From NCBI GenBank assembly GCA_022564935.1, contig JADFKM010000001.1:464-64463 (forward strand): a DNA stretch of 64,000 nt, written 5' to 3'. Of this stretch, positions 26,636 to 36,812 are shown piece by piece. The notes beneath the pieces are model-generated. The model saw nothing but the letters and a program-made list of their open reading frames with translations, searched no databases and was not told the origin of the DNA. Every line of letters begins with the position of its first letter. The first letter of the stretch is position 1. Source of the stretch: Candidatus Dadabacteria bacterium (lineage in GTDB: Bacteria; Desulfobacterota_D; UBA1144; Nemesobacterales; JADFKM01). Made by a program: the position numbers and the translations under genes.

Positions 26636-28207
26636 ATGAAGCTTGCGACCAGGGAAATCATACGCAATATTGACAGGCAGTCGATAGAGGAGTACGGCGT
26701 CTTGGGGCTTGTATTGATGGAGAACGCCGGGCGTGCGGCATCCTCCGTGATACTGGGGGAGTTCCCCCGTGCCCGCAGCGCGGCTGTGTTTGCAGGCGGG
26801 GGCAACAACGGCGGGGACGGTTTTGTGATTGCGCGCCATTTGCGCAGCGCGGGCCTTGAGGTGACCGCATACCTCGCCTCCGACCCGGAAAAGCTCGCCG
26901 GAGACGCCCTGACGAACTACAATGCGCTTAGGAGCGCAGGGGCCGAAATCGTTAAGCTCAACGGCAGGTGCACGAATTACGTCGAGGCAGACGTTGTGGT
27001 GGACGCCTTGTTAGGCACGGGACTCACGCGTGATGTGGAGGGCTTTTACGCCAAGGTGATAAGGTTCATTAACGGCCTCGCTGCCCCTAAAGTAGCCGTG
27101 GACCTCCCATCAGGGCTAGACGCCGACACGGGCTTCCCCCTGGGCGAGGCGGTGAAGGCCGACGTCACGGTGACGTTCGTTCTACCCAAGCTGGGGCTCG
27201 CCGTATATCCGGGTATCGACTACGCCGGAAGGGTCTACGTCGCCGACATCACCACCCCCAAATTCCTTGAAGAGGATATCCCATACGAATTGATCACATA
27301 TGACAGCATAAGGGGGTATGTTGCTCCGAGGGAGGGCGATACGCACAAGGGCACATACGGACACCTGCTTATACTGGCGGGCTCGCCCGGAAAGACCGGG
27401 GCCGCAATGCTGGTCGCTCGCGGTGCGGGCAGGGTGGGCACTGGCCTTGTGACCGTGGGCGTGCCGAGCGGGCTGAACCCCATATTCGAAGGTAGCCTCC
27501 TGGAGGCGATGACAGAGCCCCTTCCTGAAAGCGTGGACGGCTGCCTGGGAAAGGACGCCCTGGACTATGTACTCAACGTCCTCCTGAAAAACAAGACGGC
27601 GCTCGTAATAGGACCGGGGATATCCACAGAGGGGGAGATAAAGGAGTTCGTCAATGAAATCGTGCTGTGCTGCGAGGCGCCCGTGGTAATAGACGCAGAT
27701 GGAATAACCGTAATTGCGCAGGAGCCGGGAGTATTGAAGGAGATGAAGGCTCCGTGCGTCCTCACTCCCCATCCGGGGGAGATGTCGCGGCTCACGGGCG
27801 CGACTACTAAGGAGGTGCAGCGCAACAGAGTTGAGATTGCTAGGGATTTTGCAGCTATGTATAATGTTTATGTTGTGCTCAAAGGCGCCAGGACGGTCGT
27901 CGCCGAGCCCGGCGGCAGGGTGTTCGTCAACCCTACAGGCAACCCCGGCATGGCCACCGGAGGCACCGGAGACGTGCTTTCGGGGGTGATCGGCGGGCTC
28001 CTTGCGCAGCGCCTTGACCCCAGGGGGGCGTGCAGCCTCGGCGTGTTCGCCCACGGCCTGGCAGGCGACATGTGCAGGGAAGCAGTAGGGGAGGCGGGCA
28101 TGCTCGCCGGCGATATCGCCGAGATGGTTCCCGGAGCCTTGCGGGAGATTTCCCTGGGGGAAGAGGGAGAATTCGGGGGGAGGGAGTTTTTCATCACAGT
28201 ACGCTAG
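26636..28207 (+). CDS. nnr: Bifunctional NAD(P)H-hydrate repair enzyme (epimerase plus ADP-dependent dehydratase)
   Basis: YjeF-N motif VFAGGGNNGGDGFVIARHL. C-terminal carbohydrate-kinase-like dehydratase (GSPGKTGAAML, GDVLSGVIGGLLAQ). Confidence 0.9.
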   Translation: MKLATREIIRNIDRQSIEEYGVLGLVLMENAGRAASSVILGEFPRARSAAVFAGGGNNGGDGFVIARHLRSAGLEVTAYLASDPEKLAGDALTNYNALRSAGAEIVKLNGRCTNYVEADVVVDALLGTGLTRDVEGFYAKVIRFINGLAAPKVAVDLPSGLDADTGFPLGEAVKADVTVTFVLPKLGLAVYPGIDYAGRVYVADITTPKFLEEDIPYELITYDSIRGYVAPREGDTHKGTYGHLLILAGSPGKTGAAMLVARGAGRVGTGLVTVGVPSGLNPIFEGSLLEAMTEPLPESVDGCLGKDALDYVLNVLLKNKTALVIGPGISTEGEIKEFVNEIVLCCEAPVVIDADGITVIAQEPGVLKEMKAPCVLTPHPGEMSRLTGATTKEVQRNRVEIARDFAAMYNVYVVLKGARTVVAEPGGRVFVNPTGNPGMATGGTGDVLSGVIGGLLAQRLDPRGACSLGVFAHGLAGDMCREAVGEAGMLAGDIAEMVPGALREISLGEEGEFGGREFFITVR

Positions 28208-28208
28208 G

Positions 28209-28706
28209 ATGCGCGATGTTTTTGAGGTCTCAGTTTCTGAGGCGGGAGATACGGTCAAGGTAGGCGAGGCTCTGGGCATGGTGCTTCCGGCGGGAAGCGT
28301 CGTGGCTTTGAGCGGGGAGCTCGGCGCGGGAAAGACCGTACTTACAAAGGGCATCGCAAAGGGCCTGGGCATAGAGGAAGAGCCGGTAAGTCCCACGTAT
28401 GTGATTATGAACGCATATCCGGGGAAAACCCCGCTTTACCATTTCGACCTCTACAGGGTTTCGAGTGCGCAGGAGCTTGAGGGCATCGGTTACGAAGAGT
28501 TTGTGTACGGTGACGGGGTTTGTGTGGTGGAATGGGCCGAGCGGATGAGGGACGCATTCCCCGAGGACGCCGTGGAGGTGGAGATAGAGATGACCTGGGG
28601 CAACGGCGGCCCGAGCGGGCGAAATATTAGGATTAGAGGGAAAAAAGATTGGCTCTCATTGTTCAAAAGTACGGTGGAACGAGTCTTTCCAGCGTCGAAA
28701 AAATAA
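28209..28706 (+). CDS. tsaE: tRNA threonylcarbamoyladenosine biosynthesis protein TsaE
   Basis: P-loop LSGELGAGKTVLTKGIAKGLG and SPTYVIMNAY. The conserved nnr-tsaE adjacency is present. Confidence 0.85.
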   Translation: MRDVFEVSVSEAGDTVKVGEALGMVLPAGSVVALSGELGAGKTVLTKGIAKGLGIEEEPVSPTYVIMNAYPGKTPLYHFDLYRVSSAQELEGIGYEEFVYGDGVCVVEWAERMRDAFPEDAVEVEIEMTWGNGGPSGRNIRIRGKKDWLSLFKSTVERVFPASKK

Positions 28707-29884
28707 GATGGGCCGCCGCTCACCTGGTCCGCACGAAAGAGGCGGGAAACGACGTGGTGGCGGTGGTCTCTGCGATGGCCGGGGAGACTGACAGGCTGTA
28801 CGAGATGTGTCTTGAGGTGATGGACCCGCCGGACTCTAGGGAGCTGGACGTCATAACCTCGAGCGGCGAGCAGGTCTCCAGCGGGCTGATTTCCATGGCC
28901 GTTCGGGCGCTCGGTCACGACGCCGTATCTTTTCAGGGCCACCAGGTGAGGATACTCACCGACGACTCGTATTCGAACGCGAGAATTATGGATATAGACG
29001 CGGTCAGGATACGCGAGGCTATGGGGTGTGGTAAGATAGTAGTTGTGGCCGGTTTCCAGGGGGTAGACAGCGGCGGGAATATCACCACCTTGGGCAGAGG
29101 GGGCTCTGACTTGACGGCGGTGGCTCTTGCGGCGGTGCTCGGTGCCGATGCGTGCGAGCTTTACAAGGACGATGTGGACGGCGTGTATACGGCAGACCCT
29201 GAGGTTGTCGCAGGCGCCAGGAAGCTCAGAAGGGTCTCTTACGAGGAGATGCTCGAGCTCTCTAGCCTCGGCTCCAGGGTACTTCAGGGAAGGGCCGTTG
29301 AGTTTGCCAAGAAGTTCGGCGTGCCGGTGCAAATCCGCTCCACTATTGAGCCGGAGCGGGAAGGGACCTGGGTGATAGAAGAGCGGAGCGCTATGGGGGA
29401 GTTGGAGCAAATGCTTATCTCGGGTGTCACCTTCGATAATAACCAGTCGAAGATAACGGCGATTAAAGTTCCCGACAGGCCGGGCATTGCGAGCAGACTG
29501 TTCACCCTCATAAGCGATGAGGATATCGTGGTCGATATGATAGTGCAGAACGTGAGCACCGAAGGGTACACGGACATAACGTTCACCGTGTCCCGCACAG
29601 ATTTTAAGAAGGCCCTGGGCATTACCGAAAGAGTGGCGGGCGAGCTTGGCGCTTCGGGGGTGGTGTCCGACAAAAAAATCGCAAAGCTGTCCATAGTGGG
29701 TGTGGGAATGAAGACCCATTCGGGAGTGGCATCCGAGATGTTCAGGGTGCTGGCCGCCGAGGGGATAAACATTTTAATGATCAGCACTTCGGAGATCAAG
29801 ATCTCCTGCGTTGTAGGGGAGAAATACTCCGAGCTTGCCGTAAGGGCGCTGCACAAGGCGTTCGGTTTGGGGGAGGCGAAATGA
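28649..29884 (+). CDS. lysC: Aspartate kinase
   Basis: [13 protein letters not shown]...[13 protein letters not shown], and ACT domains at the C-terminus. Confidence 0.9.
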   Translation: MALIVQKYGGTSLSSVEKIRWAAAHLVRTKEAGNDVVAVVSAMAGETDRLYEMCLEVMDPPDSRELDVITSSGEQVSSGLISMAVRALGHDAVSFQGHQVRILTDDSYSNARIMDIDAVRIREAMGCGKIVVVAGFQGVDSGGNITTLGRGGSDLTAVALAAVLGADACELYKDDVDGVYTADPEVVAGARKLRRVSYEEMLELSSLGSRVLQGRAVEFAKKFGVPVQIRSTIEPEREGTWVIEERSAMGELEQMLISGVTFDNNQSKITAIKVPDRPGIASRLFTLISDEDIVVDMIVQNVSTEGYTDITFTVSRTDFKKALGITERVAGELGASGVVSDKKIAKLSIVGVGMKTHSGVASEMFRVLAAEGINILMISTSEIKISCVVGEKYSELAVRALHKAFGLGEAK

Positions 29885-31473
29885 GTACCGAAAGAGCGGT
29901 AAAGATATACGACGTGACCCTGAGGGACGGCACACAGGGCGAGGACATATCGTTCTCCGTCCAGGACAAGCTGCGTATCGTCGGGAAGCTGGACGAGCTG
30001 GGGGTGCACTATATAGAGGGCGGCTGGCCCGGCTCGAACGACAGGGACGAGGAGTTCTTCGAAGAGGTGAAGAAGATTAAGCTCCGGGCCTCAAGGATGG
30101 CCGCTTTCGGAAGCACACGCAGGGTATCCATAAGCTGCGATGAGGACGACAACATACAGGCGCTGTTGCGCGCCGAAACGCCCGTTGTTACCATCGTGGG
30201 CAAGAGCTGGGACTTCCATGTTACCGAGGTGCTGCGCATCGAGCTTGAGCAGAACCTCGAGATAATAAGGGACTCGCTGTCATACCTCAAGGAGCGCACC
30301 GACGAGGTGTTCTTCGACGCCGAGCACTTCTTCGACGGCTATAAGCGCAACCCCGAGTACGCCCTTGCTACTCTTAAGGCGGCCCTTGAGGCTGGGGCCG
30401 ATGTGGTTGTGCTTTGCGACACGAACGGGGGCACGATGCCCTGGGAAGTGGAGTCCATCGTCACTGAAGTGGGTACGAAGCTTGACTCGCCCCCTCTGGG
30501 CATACACACACACAACGACGGCGAGATGGGCGTCTCGAACACGCTGTACGCCGTTAGGGCCGGGGCCTCTCAGGTACAGGGCACGATTAACGGCTACGGC
30601 GAGAGGTGCGGCAACGCCAACCTGTGCTCCATCATACCCAACCTGAGGCTCAAGCTGGGCGTCGAGTGCATAAGCGACGACCGGGTTAAGAAGCTCTACG
30701 ACGTTTCCCACTTCGTGCACGAGCTGACGAACCTGCCTCCCGTCAAGCACCGCCCGTATGTCGGCCAAAGCGCGTTCGCCCACAAGGGGGGTCTGCACGT
30801 GAGCGCCGTGATGAAAGAGCCGCAGACCTATGAGCACATAGACCCTGATTTGGTGGGCAACAGGCGGAGGGTGCTTGTGTCGGACCTGTCGGGAAGGGGC
30901 AACATCGTCTACAAGGCAAAGGAGCTCGGCGTGGAGCTCGACCCCAAAGACCCGGTGGTCAAGAAGATCCTGGATGAGCTCAAGAAGCTTGAGAACGAGG
31001 GCTACGAGTTCGAAGGGGCGGACGCATCGCTCGAAGTGCTCATCAGGAAACTGCTGGGACAGTACAAAAAGCCCTTTGAGCTCAAAGGCGCGCGCATAAT
31101 CGTCGAGAAGCGAAGGCACGACGACGAGCCCATCTCCGAGGCCACGGTGCAGGTCGAGGTTGACGGGGTGATCGAGCACACCGCGGCCATCGGCAACGGC
31201 CCGGTAAATGCCCTTGACGGCGCGCTCCACAAGGCACTCGAGAAGTTCTACCCGCAGCTAAAGGACATAAAGCTTCGCGACTACAGGGTGCGCGTTGTTT
31301 CGACCGGGCATGGCACGGACGCAGTGGTGAGGGTGCTCATTGAGTCCACGGACGGCGTGAGGAGCTGGAGCACCGTGGGGGTGAGCGAGAACATCGTCGA
31401 GGCTAGCTGGAAGGCCATGGTGGACAGCATCGACTACAAGCTCATGAGCGACGCCCGCAACTCTGAGGGATGA
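29881..31473 (+). CDS. cimA: (R)-citramalate synthase / LeuA-related 2-isopropylmalate synthase family
   Basis: [18 protein letters not shown]...[12 protein letters not shown]. About 530 aa with a C-terminal LeuA-dimer regulatory domain. 4-nt overlap with lysC. Confidence 0.8.
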   Translation: MSTERAVKIYDVTLRDGTQGEDISFSVQDKLRIVGKLDELGVHYIEGGWPGSNDRDEEFFEEVKKIKLRASRMAAFGSTRRVSISCDEDDNIQALLRAETPVVTIVGKSWDFHVTEVLRIELEQNLEIIRDSLSYLKERTDEVFFDAEHFFDGYKRNPEYALATLKAALEAGADVVVLCDTNGGTMPWEVESIVTEVGTKLDSPPLGIHTHNDGEMGVSNTLYAVRAGASQVQGTINGYGERCGNANLCSIIPNLRLKLGVECISDDRVKKLYDVSHFVHELTNLPPVKHRPYVGQSAFAHKGGLHVSAVMKEPQTYEHIDPDLVGNRRRVLVSDLSGRGNIVYKAKELGVELDPKDPVVKKILDELKKLENEGYEFEGADASLEVLIRKLLGQYKKPFELKGARIIVEKRRHDDEPISEATVQVEVDGVIEHTAAIGNGPVNALDGALHKALEKFYPQLKDIKLRDYRVRVVSTGHGTDAVVRVLIESTDGVRSWSTVGVSENIVEASWKAMVDSIDYKLMSDARNSEG

Positions 31474-31545
31474 GTGTGCGGGGGGGCCAAGGGGGGTAGA
31501 AAAGGGGGGGGGTAAGAAAAGGGGGGTAAGAAGAGGGTCAAACCG
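31474..31545 (+). repeat. Purine-rich G-tract tandem repeats (GGGGGGTAGAAAA GGGGGGGGTAAGAAAA GGGGGGTAAGAAGAGGG)
   Basis: Three to four G6-8 runs separated by TA(A/G)GAAAA, directly after the cimA stop. G-quadruplex capable and prone to homopolymer-length variation. Confidence 0.6.
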
Positions 31546-31629
31546 GCTCGGAAGCCCCTGGCATGCCCTAGCGATTAACCCCGTTCCACACCTTTCTAGA
31601 ATCTGAGTAACAAATTAATAACCCCCGTT

Positions 31630-31652
31630 TACAACTACCGCCGGTAGTTGTA
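31630..31652 (+). promoter_or_regulatory. Perfect 10-bp inverted repeat with a 3-nt spacer (TACAACTACC gcc GGTAGTTGTA) 22 nt upstream of the argC ATG. Candidate operator or leader hairpin.
   Basis: Visible perfect palindrome; the GGAG SD follows at 31664. Confidence 0.4.
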
Positions 31653-31674
31653 GAATCGTGAGCTGGAGTTTCGA

Positions 31675-32712
31675 ATGACGATTACTGTAAGCATTCTCGG
31701 AGCCACCGGGTATACGGGCGCGGAGCTTCTGCGGCTCCTCGTCAGTCACCCGGAGGTGGAGATATCGTGGCTTACCTCGGAGAAGTTCGCCGGGCAGCGC
31801 ATCGACGAGGTATTCCCGAATCTAGTGGGGTTCTGCGACCTCCGGTGCGAGAGCATCTCGAAGCTCGGTGAGCTGCCCTCTATAGACCTTGCGTTCTCAT
31901 GCCTCCCTCACGGGACTTCGATGCACTTCGTGGGGATCCTTGTGGACAACGACATCAGGGTGGTGGATTTCAGCGCCGATTTCAGGTTCCGCAGAGCGGA
32001 TAACTACACCCGCTGGTACGGCAGGGAGCACGAAAGGCCCGATCTGGTATCCGAGGCGGCCTACGGCCTGACGGAGCTCTACAGGAAAAATATCACGAAG
32101 GCGCGCCTCGTGGCCAACCCCGGCTGTTTTGCCACCGGGGCCGTTCTGGGGGTCGCCCCCCTGAGCACCGAGGGGCTGCTGTCCGGTACGACCGTAGTGG
32201 TGGACGCCAAGGGAGGGATGTCGGGGGTGGGCAGGGCGCCTGTGCTCGGGGCCCATTTCGTCGAGGTGAATGAAGCCATATCGGCAGGGCCGCTCGAGGG
32301 TCACGGGCAGAAGGGGGAGATCGAGCAGGAGCTTAGGAACATAGCCGTGGAGCCGTCAAAAGCCGTTTTTATCCCCCACACCGTGCCCGTCTCGAGGGGC
32401 ATTTTCACCACCATTTATGCGGATTTTCCCAGGAGATTATACATACCTGAGGTGCTGGAGTACTACAGGGAGTTTTACAGGGGCGAGCGGTTCATAAGGT
32501 TGTGCCCTGAGGGTACGGTACCGGACGTCAAAAACACCCGGTACTCCAATTTCATCGATATAGGAATAGGGATTCAGGATGGGAAGGTGATAATCTGCAT
32601 CGCGCTCGACAACCTGGGAAAGGGCGCTTCGGGACAGGCCGTCCAAAATATGAACGTCATGTTCGGCTTCGACGAGGGTGAGGGACTCAAACACGGGGGT
32701 ATGTTCCCGTAG
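31675..32712 (+). CDS. argC: N-acetyl-gamma-glutamyl-phosphate reductase
   Basis: ILGATGYTGAELLRLL, active-site ANPGCFATG, VVDAKGGMSGVGR, and the C-terminal DNLGKGASGQAVQNMN. Confidence 0.9.
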   Translation: MTITVSILGATGYTGAELLRLLVSHPEVEISWLTSEKFAGQRIDEVFPNLVGFCDLRCESISKLGELPSIDLAFSCLPHGTSMHFVGILVDNDIRVVDFSADFRFRRADNYTRWYGREHERPDLVSEAAYGLTELYRKNITKARLVANPGCFATGAVLGVAPLSTEGLLSGTTVVVDAKGGMSGVGRAPVLGAHFVEVNEAISAGPLEGHGQKGEIEQELRNIAVEPSKAVFIPHTVPVSRGIFTTIYADFPRRLYIPEVLEYYREFYRGERFIRLCPEGTVPDVKNTRYSNFIDIGIGIQDGKVIICIALDNLGKGASGQAVQNMNVMFGFDEGEGLKHGGMFP

Positions 32713-32721
32713 GAGGTCGGG

Positions 32722-34215
32722 ATGAGCGAGACGGGCGGAGTATGGAGCTTGCTCCTGCGCTCGGCCGGGAGGTTCCCGGAGAGGACGGCGGCGGTCGAGG
32801 GGGGCAGGCATATGACTTACGCCGGGCTGCTGCGGAGGGTTAGGAGCCTCGGAGCGCATCTCAGAATAAAAGGCTTCGGGAAGCGCGACAAGATCGGGCT
32901 GCTCCTTCCAAACTCAACTGAGTTCGTCGTCTCTTTTTTCGCCGCCTCAGGCATCGGGGCCGTATCCGTTCCGATTAATCCCGCCTACACCGAAGACGAG
33001 ATCCGGTTCTATGTCGAGCACGGCTCCCTGCGGCTGCTGGTTACGTCTACAGACTTAGCGGGCGTCGCGGTGAAGGTAACCGAGGGCACGGGCGCTAAGG
33101 TCATGACCGTCAAGGGGGACTCGGCGGACTGGGTCTTCGACACCGAAGCCCTTGCTCCTGAGGTCGAAGAGGACATTGCTCCTGATGACGAAGCGGTATA
33201 CCTCTACTCAACCGGCTCCACGGGTAGCCCAAAGCGCGTCGGCAGGACGCACGCAAACCTGACGGCGCTTGCCTTTAACCACACGGAGACCATCGGATGG
33301 AGCGAGGAGGACAGGGTGCTTTTCACCGTCCCTCTCAGCCACACCTACGGGTTCGGCAATTTCCTCGGCGCAGTGAAGGTGGGTGCTTCTATGTATATGA
33401 TGGGGCATATGGCAGGCGGCTTCAAGAGGGGTGAGGTAATCGAGGTCATCGAGCGCGAATCTATAACCGTTTTTCCTGCTGTGCCCTTCATGCTCGGTAT
33501 CCTGGCCGACACCCACCTGCAGCGCAGAGTGGATTTTTCATCGCTGCGCATGGCGCTTTCGGCAGGCGCCCCGCTGACAGGAGACGTGTATACGAAGTTT
33601 AGGGACAAGTTCGGCGTCCAGCCGCGCCAGCTCTACGGCTCCACGGAAACGGGGGTGATCGCCATAAACATGAGCGAGGACGTCGACACCAGGTTCGATT
33701 CTGTGGGCAGGCCGGTTGCTAATGTGGATGTAAGGGTCGTGGGGCCGGACGGCTCGGAGCGCGGCGTTGATGAGAGGGGCGAGATAACGGTGAGAAGCCC
33801 GTCGATGACCACGTCATACTACGACCTCCCCGAGGAGACTGCGAGGGTCTTTAAGGGCGGGTACTACCACACCGGAGATATAGGCAGGGTGGACTCCGAT
33901 GGGTACATATACATCGAGGGGAGGGAGAAGCTGGTGATAAACGTGGCCGGGAACAAGGTAGACCCGGCGGAGGTGGAAGCAGTATTGTGCGCTCATCCCG
34001 CGGTGAAAGAGGCCGCCGTCGTGGGCATTGCGGACGAGGGGGGCGCCGAGGTTGTGAAGGCGGTGATCGTGTTGGAGGGTGAGCTTGAGCGGGCGGAGGT
34101 CGTGCAGTATTTAAAGGGCAGGCTGTCGGGCTTCAAGATACCGCGTGTTCTTGAATTCCGGGACGAGATTCCAAGAAGCCCAACCGGAAAGGTGCTCCGG
34201 GAGAGGCTGAGGTAG
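32722..34215 (+). CDS. Class-I adenylate-forming enzyme (acyl-CoA synthetase / fatty-acyl-AMP ligase-like)
   Basis: AMP-binding motifs YSTGSTGSPKRV, YGSTETG, GDIGRVDSDGYIYIEGR and PRSPTGKVLR. Starts 10 nt after the argC stop. Confidence 0.8.
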   Translation: MSETGGVWSLLLRSAGRFPERTAAVEGGRHMTYAGLLRRVRSLGAHLRIKGFGKRDKIGLLLPNSTEFVVSFFAASGIGAVSVPINPAYTEDEIRFYVEHGSLRLLVTSTDLAGVAVKVTEGTGAKVMTVKGDSADWVFDTEALAPEVEEDIAPDDEAVYLYSTGSTGSPKRVGRTHANLTALAFNHTETIGWSEEDRVLFTVPLSHTYGFGNFLGAVKVGASMYMMGHMAGGFKRGEVIEVIERESITVFPAVPFMLGILADTHLQRRVDFSSLRMALSAGAPLTGDVYTKFRDKFGVQPRQLYGSTETGVIAINMSEDVDTRFDSVGRPVANVDVRVVGPDGSERGVDERGEITVRSPSMTTSYYDLPEETARVFKGGYYHTGDIGRVDSDGYIYIEGREKLVINVAGNKVDPAEVEAVLCAHPAVKEAAVVGIADEGGAEVVKAVIVLEGELERAEVVQYLKGRLSGFKIPRVLEFRDEIPRSPTGKVLRERLR

Positions 34216-34233
34216 GGTAAAATTTGACGGGGA

Positions 34234-34524
34234 GTGAGAACAACTCAGGGTATAATTGACTCAATGCAGGACGATATAAAGGCGCGCATAAGGAAGGTGC
34301 TCGGCCGTAAGCTCAGGGACATCGATGTCGGGGCGATTGCCGACGAAGCGCTGCTCATAGAGTACGGCGTTGGGGCCGATTCTGTGGCGACGCTCGAGCT
34401 GCTCGTGGCCCTGGAGGGCGAGTTCGGCGTGAGCATTGACGAGAGCGCCGTCACGCTTGCCGAGCTTGAGAGCGTGAGCGCCATGGCGGGGTTTATTGCC
34501 AAGCTGCTTGAACGCGGCGGCTGA
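34234..34524 (+). CDS. Acyl-carrier-protein-like phosphopantetheine-binding protein
   Basis: 96 aa; GADSVATLELL is the DSL-type 4'-PP attachment motif in the usual ACP helix-2 position. Confidence 0.65.
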   Translation: MRTTQGIIDSMQDDIKARIRKVLGRKLRDIDVGAIADEALLIEYGVGADSVATLELLVALEGEFGVSIDESAVTLAELESVSAMAGFIAKLLERGG

Positions 34525-34634
34525 GGCGCTTGGCCGCAATAAGGGCACAGTCCACTGCGACCTCCCGGTGCTTTTAACCTAGGGCGGCTCAGGTTTCATC
34601 CCTGGAGGGAATCCCCATCGTTAGTCCCTGAGAC

Positions 34635-35354
34635 TCAATCCTCTGGGGGTTTTTCTTTGAAATGGGCGTCGAATGTGCTGATGACTTCCCTGTGCACCTG
34701 CTCGCTCGCCTTGGCTATGGGCTCTAGTACTACCTTTTCATATACTCCGGAGGCTACATTCTCCAGGTTTTCGTCTCCCGTTGTGCGGGCAAGTCTGAGC
34801 ACTGCGATTGAGTTGTAGAAGATCGCCTTCGACAGGGCGCGCCTGGCGTCGTCGTACTCGAAACTCTCAAGCGCCGTCTGAGCTTCCAGCATCGCGTAAA
34901 ATCCGACTCCGCAAAATAGGGTCAGCAGCTTCTTGGCCTCCTTGGGGGACATGCCCTCGATCAAGTATATGAGCGGCGCCTGGACAATGGCCTCAATTTC
35001 TTCGATGCTCCTGCTTAGCATTGTGGCAAGCTGCCTCATCTTTTCCTCGTCCACCCTGCCGAGCAGGTCGAGAAGCGCCTTTTGGACGTATTCCAGTGCG
35101 AAGCTCTCCCGGATGTCATCGAGGGAGAGGCCATCGGTTTTCAGGGCCTTGATCTGGGCCAGCTTTTCTATTGTGGAGGCCGGGTAATACAGAGTGGTGG
35201 CTTTGTCGCCCTTACCCTTTGCCTTCTTGCGTTTGGGTTTGGAGATGAAACCGAGCTTCGTGTAGAAGCTAATGGTCTTTTTGGAGTCCTCGCCGAGATT
35301 TATGTTGCGCTTTTCGGCCTCGGCTATCAACTCATCTATGTTCAGCTCCCTCAT
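34635..35354 (-). CDS. Hypothetical protein, possibly with a MerR-like N-terminal HTH
   Basis: N-terminus NIDELIAEAEKRNINLGEDSKKTISFYTKLGFISKP, then a basic stretch, then an alpha-helical body. No firm motif. Confidence 0.4.
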   Translation of the reverse strand: MRELNIDELIAEAEKRNINLGEDSKKTISFYTKLGFISKPKRKKAKGKGDKATTLYYPASTIEKLAQIKALKTDGLSLDDIRESFALEYVQKALLDLLGRVDEEKMRQLATMLSRSIEEIEAIVQAPLIYLIEGMSPKEAKKLLTLFCGVGFYAMLEAQTALESFEYDDARRALSKAIFYNSIAVLRLARTTGDENLENVASGVYEKVVLEPIAKASEQVHREVISTFDAHFKEKPPED

Positions 35355-35464
35355 ACTAATGATATTAAGCCCGATGGGGGTTGTTTGTCAATCGGTATTT
35401 TAAGCCCCCTTAGAGATGCTCGCAGCTCGTTACCAAGGGGAGAAAGAGGCGCTGTGTGGTGCGC

Positions 35465-36217
35465 TCAGTTAAGCTCGATGCGCTCTTTTATCTTGCCCAA
35501 TATATGTGGGAGCACCTGAGAGGGCTTGCCGTATATGACGGCGTGGGCGTAGTCGTCGGCCAGGCTCTCCCGCTCGCTTATTATCACGATCTTCGCGCCC
35601 TGCTCGTGGGCGACGGCCGGAAGCGATGCGCCAGGCTGCACGTCTAGGGACGCCCCCGCTATGAGGAACAGCTCGCATCCGTGGAGCTGCATCCACGCCT
35701 CCCGTATCTCCCAGTGAGGCGGGGGCTGGCCGGGGAAAGAGATTCCGGGCTTGAGCAGGTCTTTGCCGCACGCCTCACATGCGGGAACCTCGGCTCCCTT
35801 CTCAAGCACAGACATTATATCATCGGTGCGTGCGTCCTTGCCGCAGCTCGTACAGATGATCCACTGTATGGAGCTGTGAAGCTCTATTACATCGAGGGTT
35901 CCCGCGCGCTGGTGGAGGCCGTCGGTGGCCTGTGTGAAGAGCGAGTGGACGTAACCCATCATCCCGAGCTCTGCCAGGGCCTCGTGTGCCGGGTTGGGTG
36001 CGGCATTTGCCAGCAGGTGATACGCCGACCTGAGGCTCTTCCAGTATTTAGCCCTGACCTCTCTACTCGAGCGAAAATTGCTTATCGGGGGGTTGAACTC
36101 CGGGTCTGAGAAGTCCGGCAGCCCCGATTCCGCGGATATCTCGGGGCCCGTGAGCACCAGAGTTTTTTTCGAGCTGAGAATCCATTCTATAGAGGATTCT
36201 AATGCGTCCCTTTCCAT
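35465..36217 (-). CDS. cobB: NAD-dependent protein deacylase (Sir2 family)
   Basis: LTGPEISAESGLPDF, FTQATDGLH (QNIDxLH-like), and a Zn ribbon CTSCG...CEACG. Confidence 0.8.
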   Translation of the reverse strand: MERDALESSIEWILSSKKTLVLTGPEISAESGLPDFSDPEFNPPISNFRSSREVRAKYWKSLRSAYHLLANAAPNPAHEALAELGMMGYVHSLFTQATDGLHQRAGTLDVIELHSSIQWIICTSCGKDARTDDIMSVLEKGAEVPACEACGKDLLKPGISFPGQPPPHWEIREAWMQLHGCELFLIAGASLDVQPGASLPAVAHEQGAKIVIISERESLADDYAHAVIYGKPSQVLPHILGKIKERIELN

Positions 36218-36385
36218 GCTATAATCTATTATACTATGATACCCCTTGGGGCACTACACTCCATTTCCATACCAGTTCTGAAGAGCCTGCCCACAGAATG
36301 CGTCGACAAGAAGCGATTTACAAACGGATAAAAGGCGTTTTGAGTTAATTCCGGGGCGATTAGACCACAGTTTACGGATAAAGGC

Positions 36386-36721
36386 ATGAAGCCCAAGGAG
36401 ATTACGGAGTTTAGCCAGAGCGCGCTCCTCATTACGTGGGAAGACGGCCACGAGAGCGTATACGCCTACGAGGAGTTGAGGGAAGTGTGCCCGTGCGCAG
36501 CCTGCAACACCGATGGAAAGCGGGAGGAGAAGCCCAAATCGGGATTCAGGCGCATTCCGCTCAGGGTTTCAAGGGCGAATGTGACCTCAAAGAGAATTGA
36601 GGATGTTGGGAGCTACGCCATCAGGTTTTATTGGAGCGACGGGCACGACACGGGCATCTACACATTCGATTTTCTGCGCAGCATGTGCTCCTGCAACGAT
36701 TGTATGCCCGAGGCCGGGTGA
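36386..36721 (+). CDS. DUF971 (gamma-butyrobetaine-hydroxylase-N-terminal-like) domain protein
   Basis: LLITWEDGHESVYAYEELREVCPCAAC...IRFYWSDGHDTGIYTFDFLRSMC matches the DUF971 pattern. Confidence 0.6.
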   Translation: MKPKEITEFSQSALLITWEDGHESVYAYEELREVCPCAACNTDGKREEKPKSGFRRIPLRVSRANVTSKRIEDVGSYAIRFYWSDGHDTGIYTFDFLRSMCSCNDCMPEAG

Positions 36722-36812
36722 GGCGCTTTGACCGCCGAAGCGCACCGTACAACCATAAATCAGGCGTTTCAGCCGTGAGTGATGTTGCAGGCAACCCGCT
36801 TGAAAGTGATTT

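Noticed and set aside
27182-31230. Long minus-strand ORFs (404, 409, 316 aa) across nnr, lysC and cimA
   Set aside because: Antisense to genes with unambiguous homology. Arg/Pro/Gly/His-rich junk translations.
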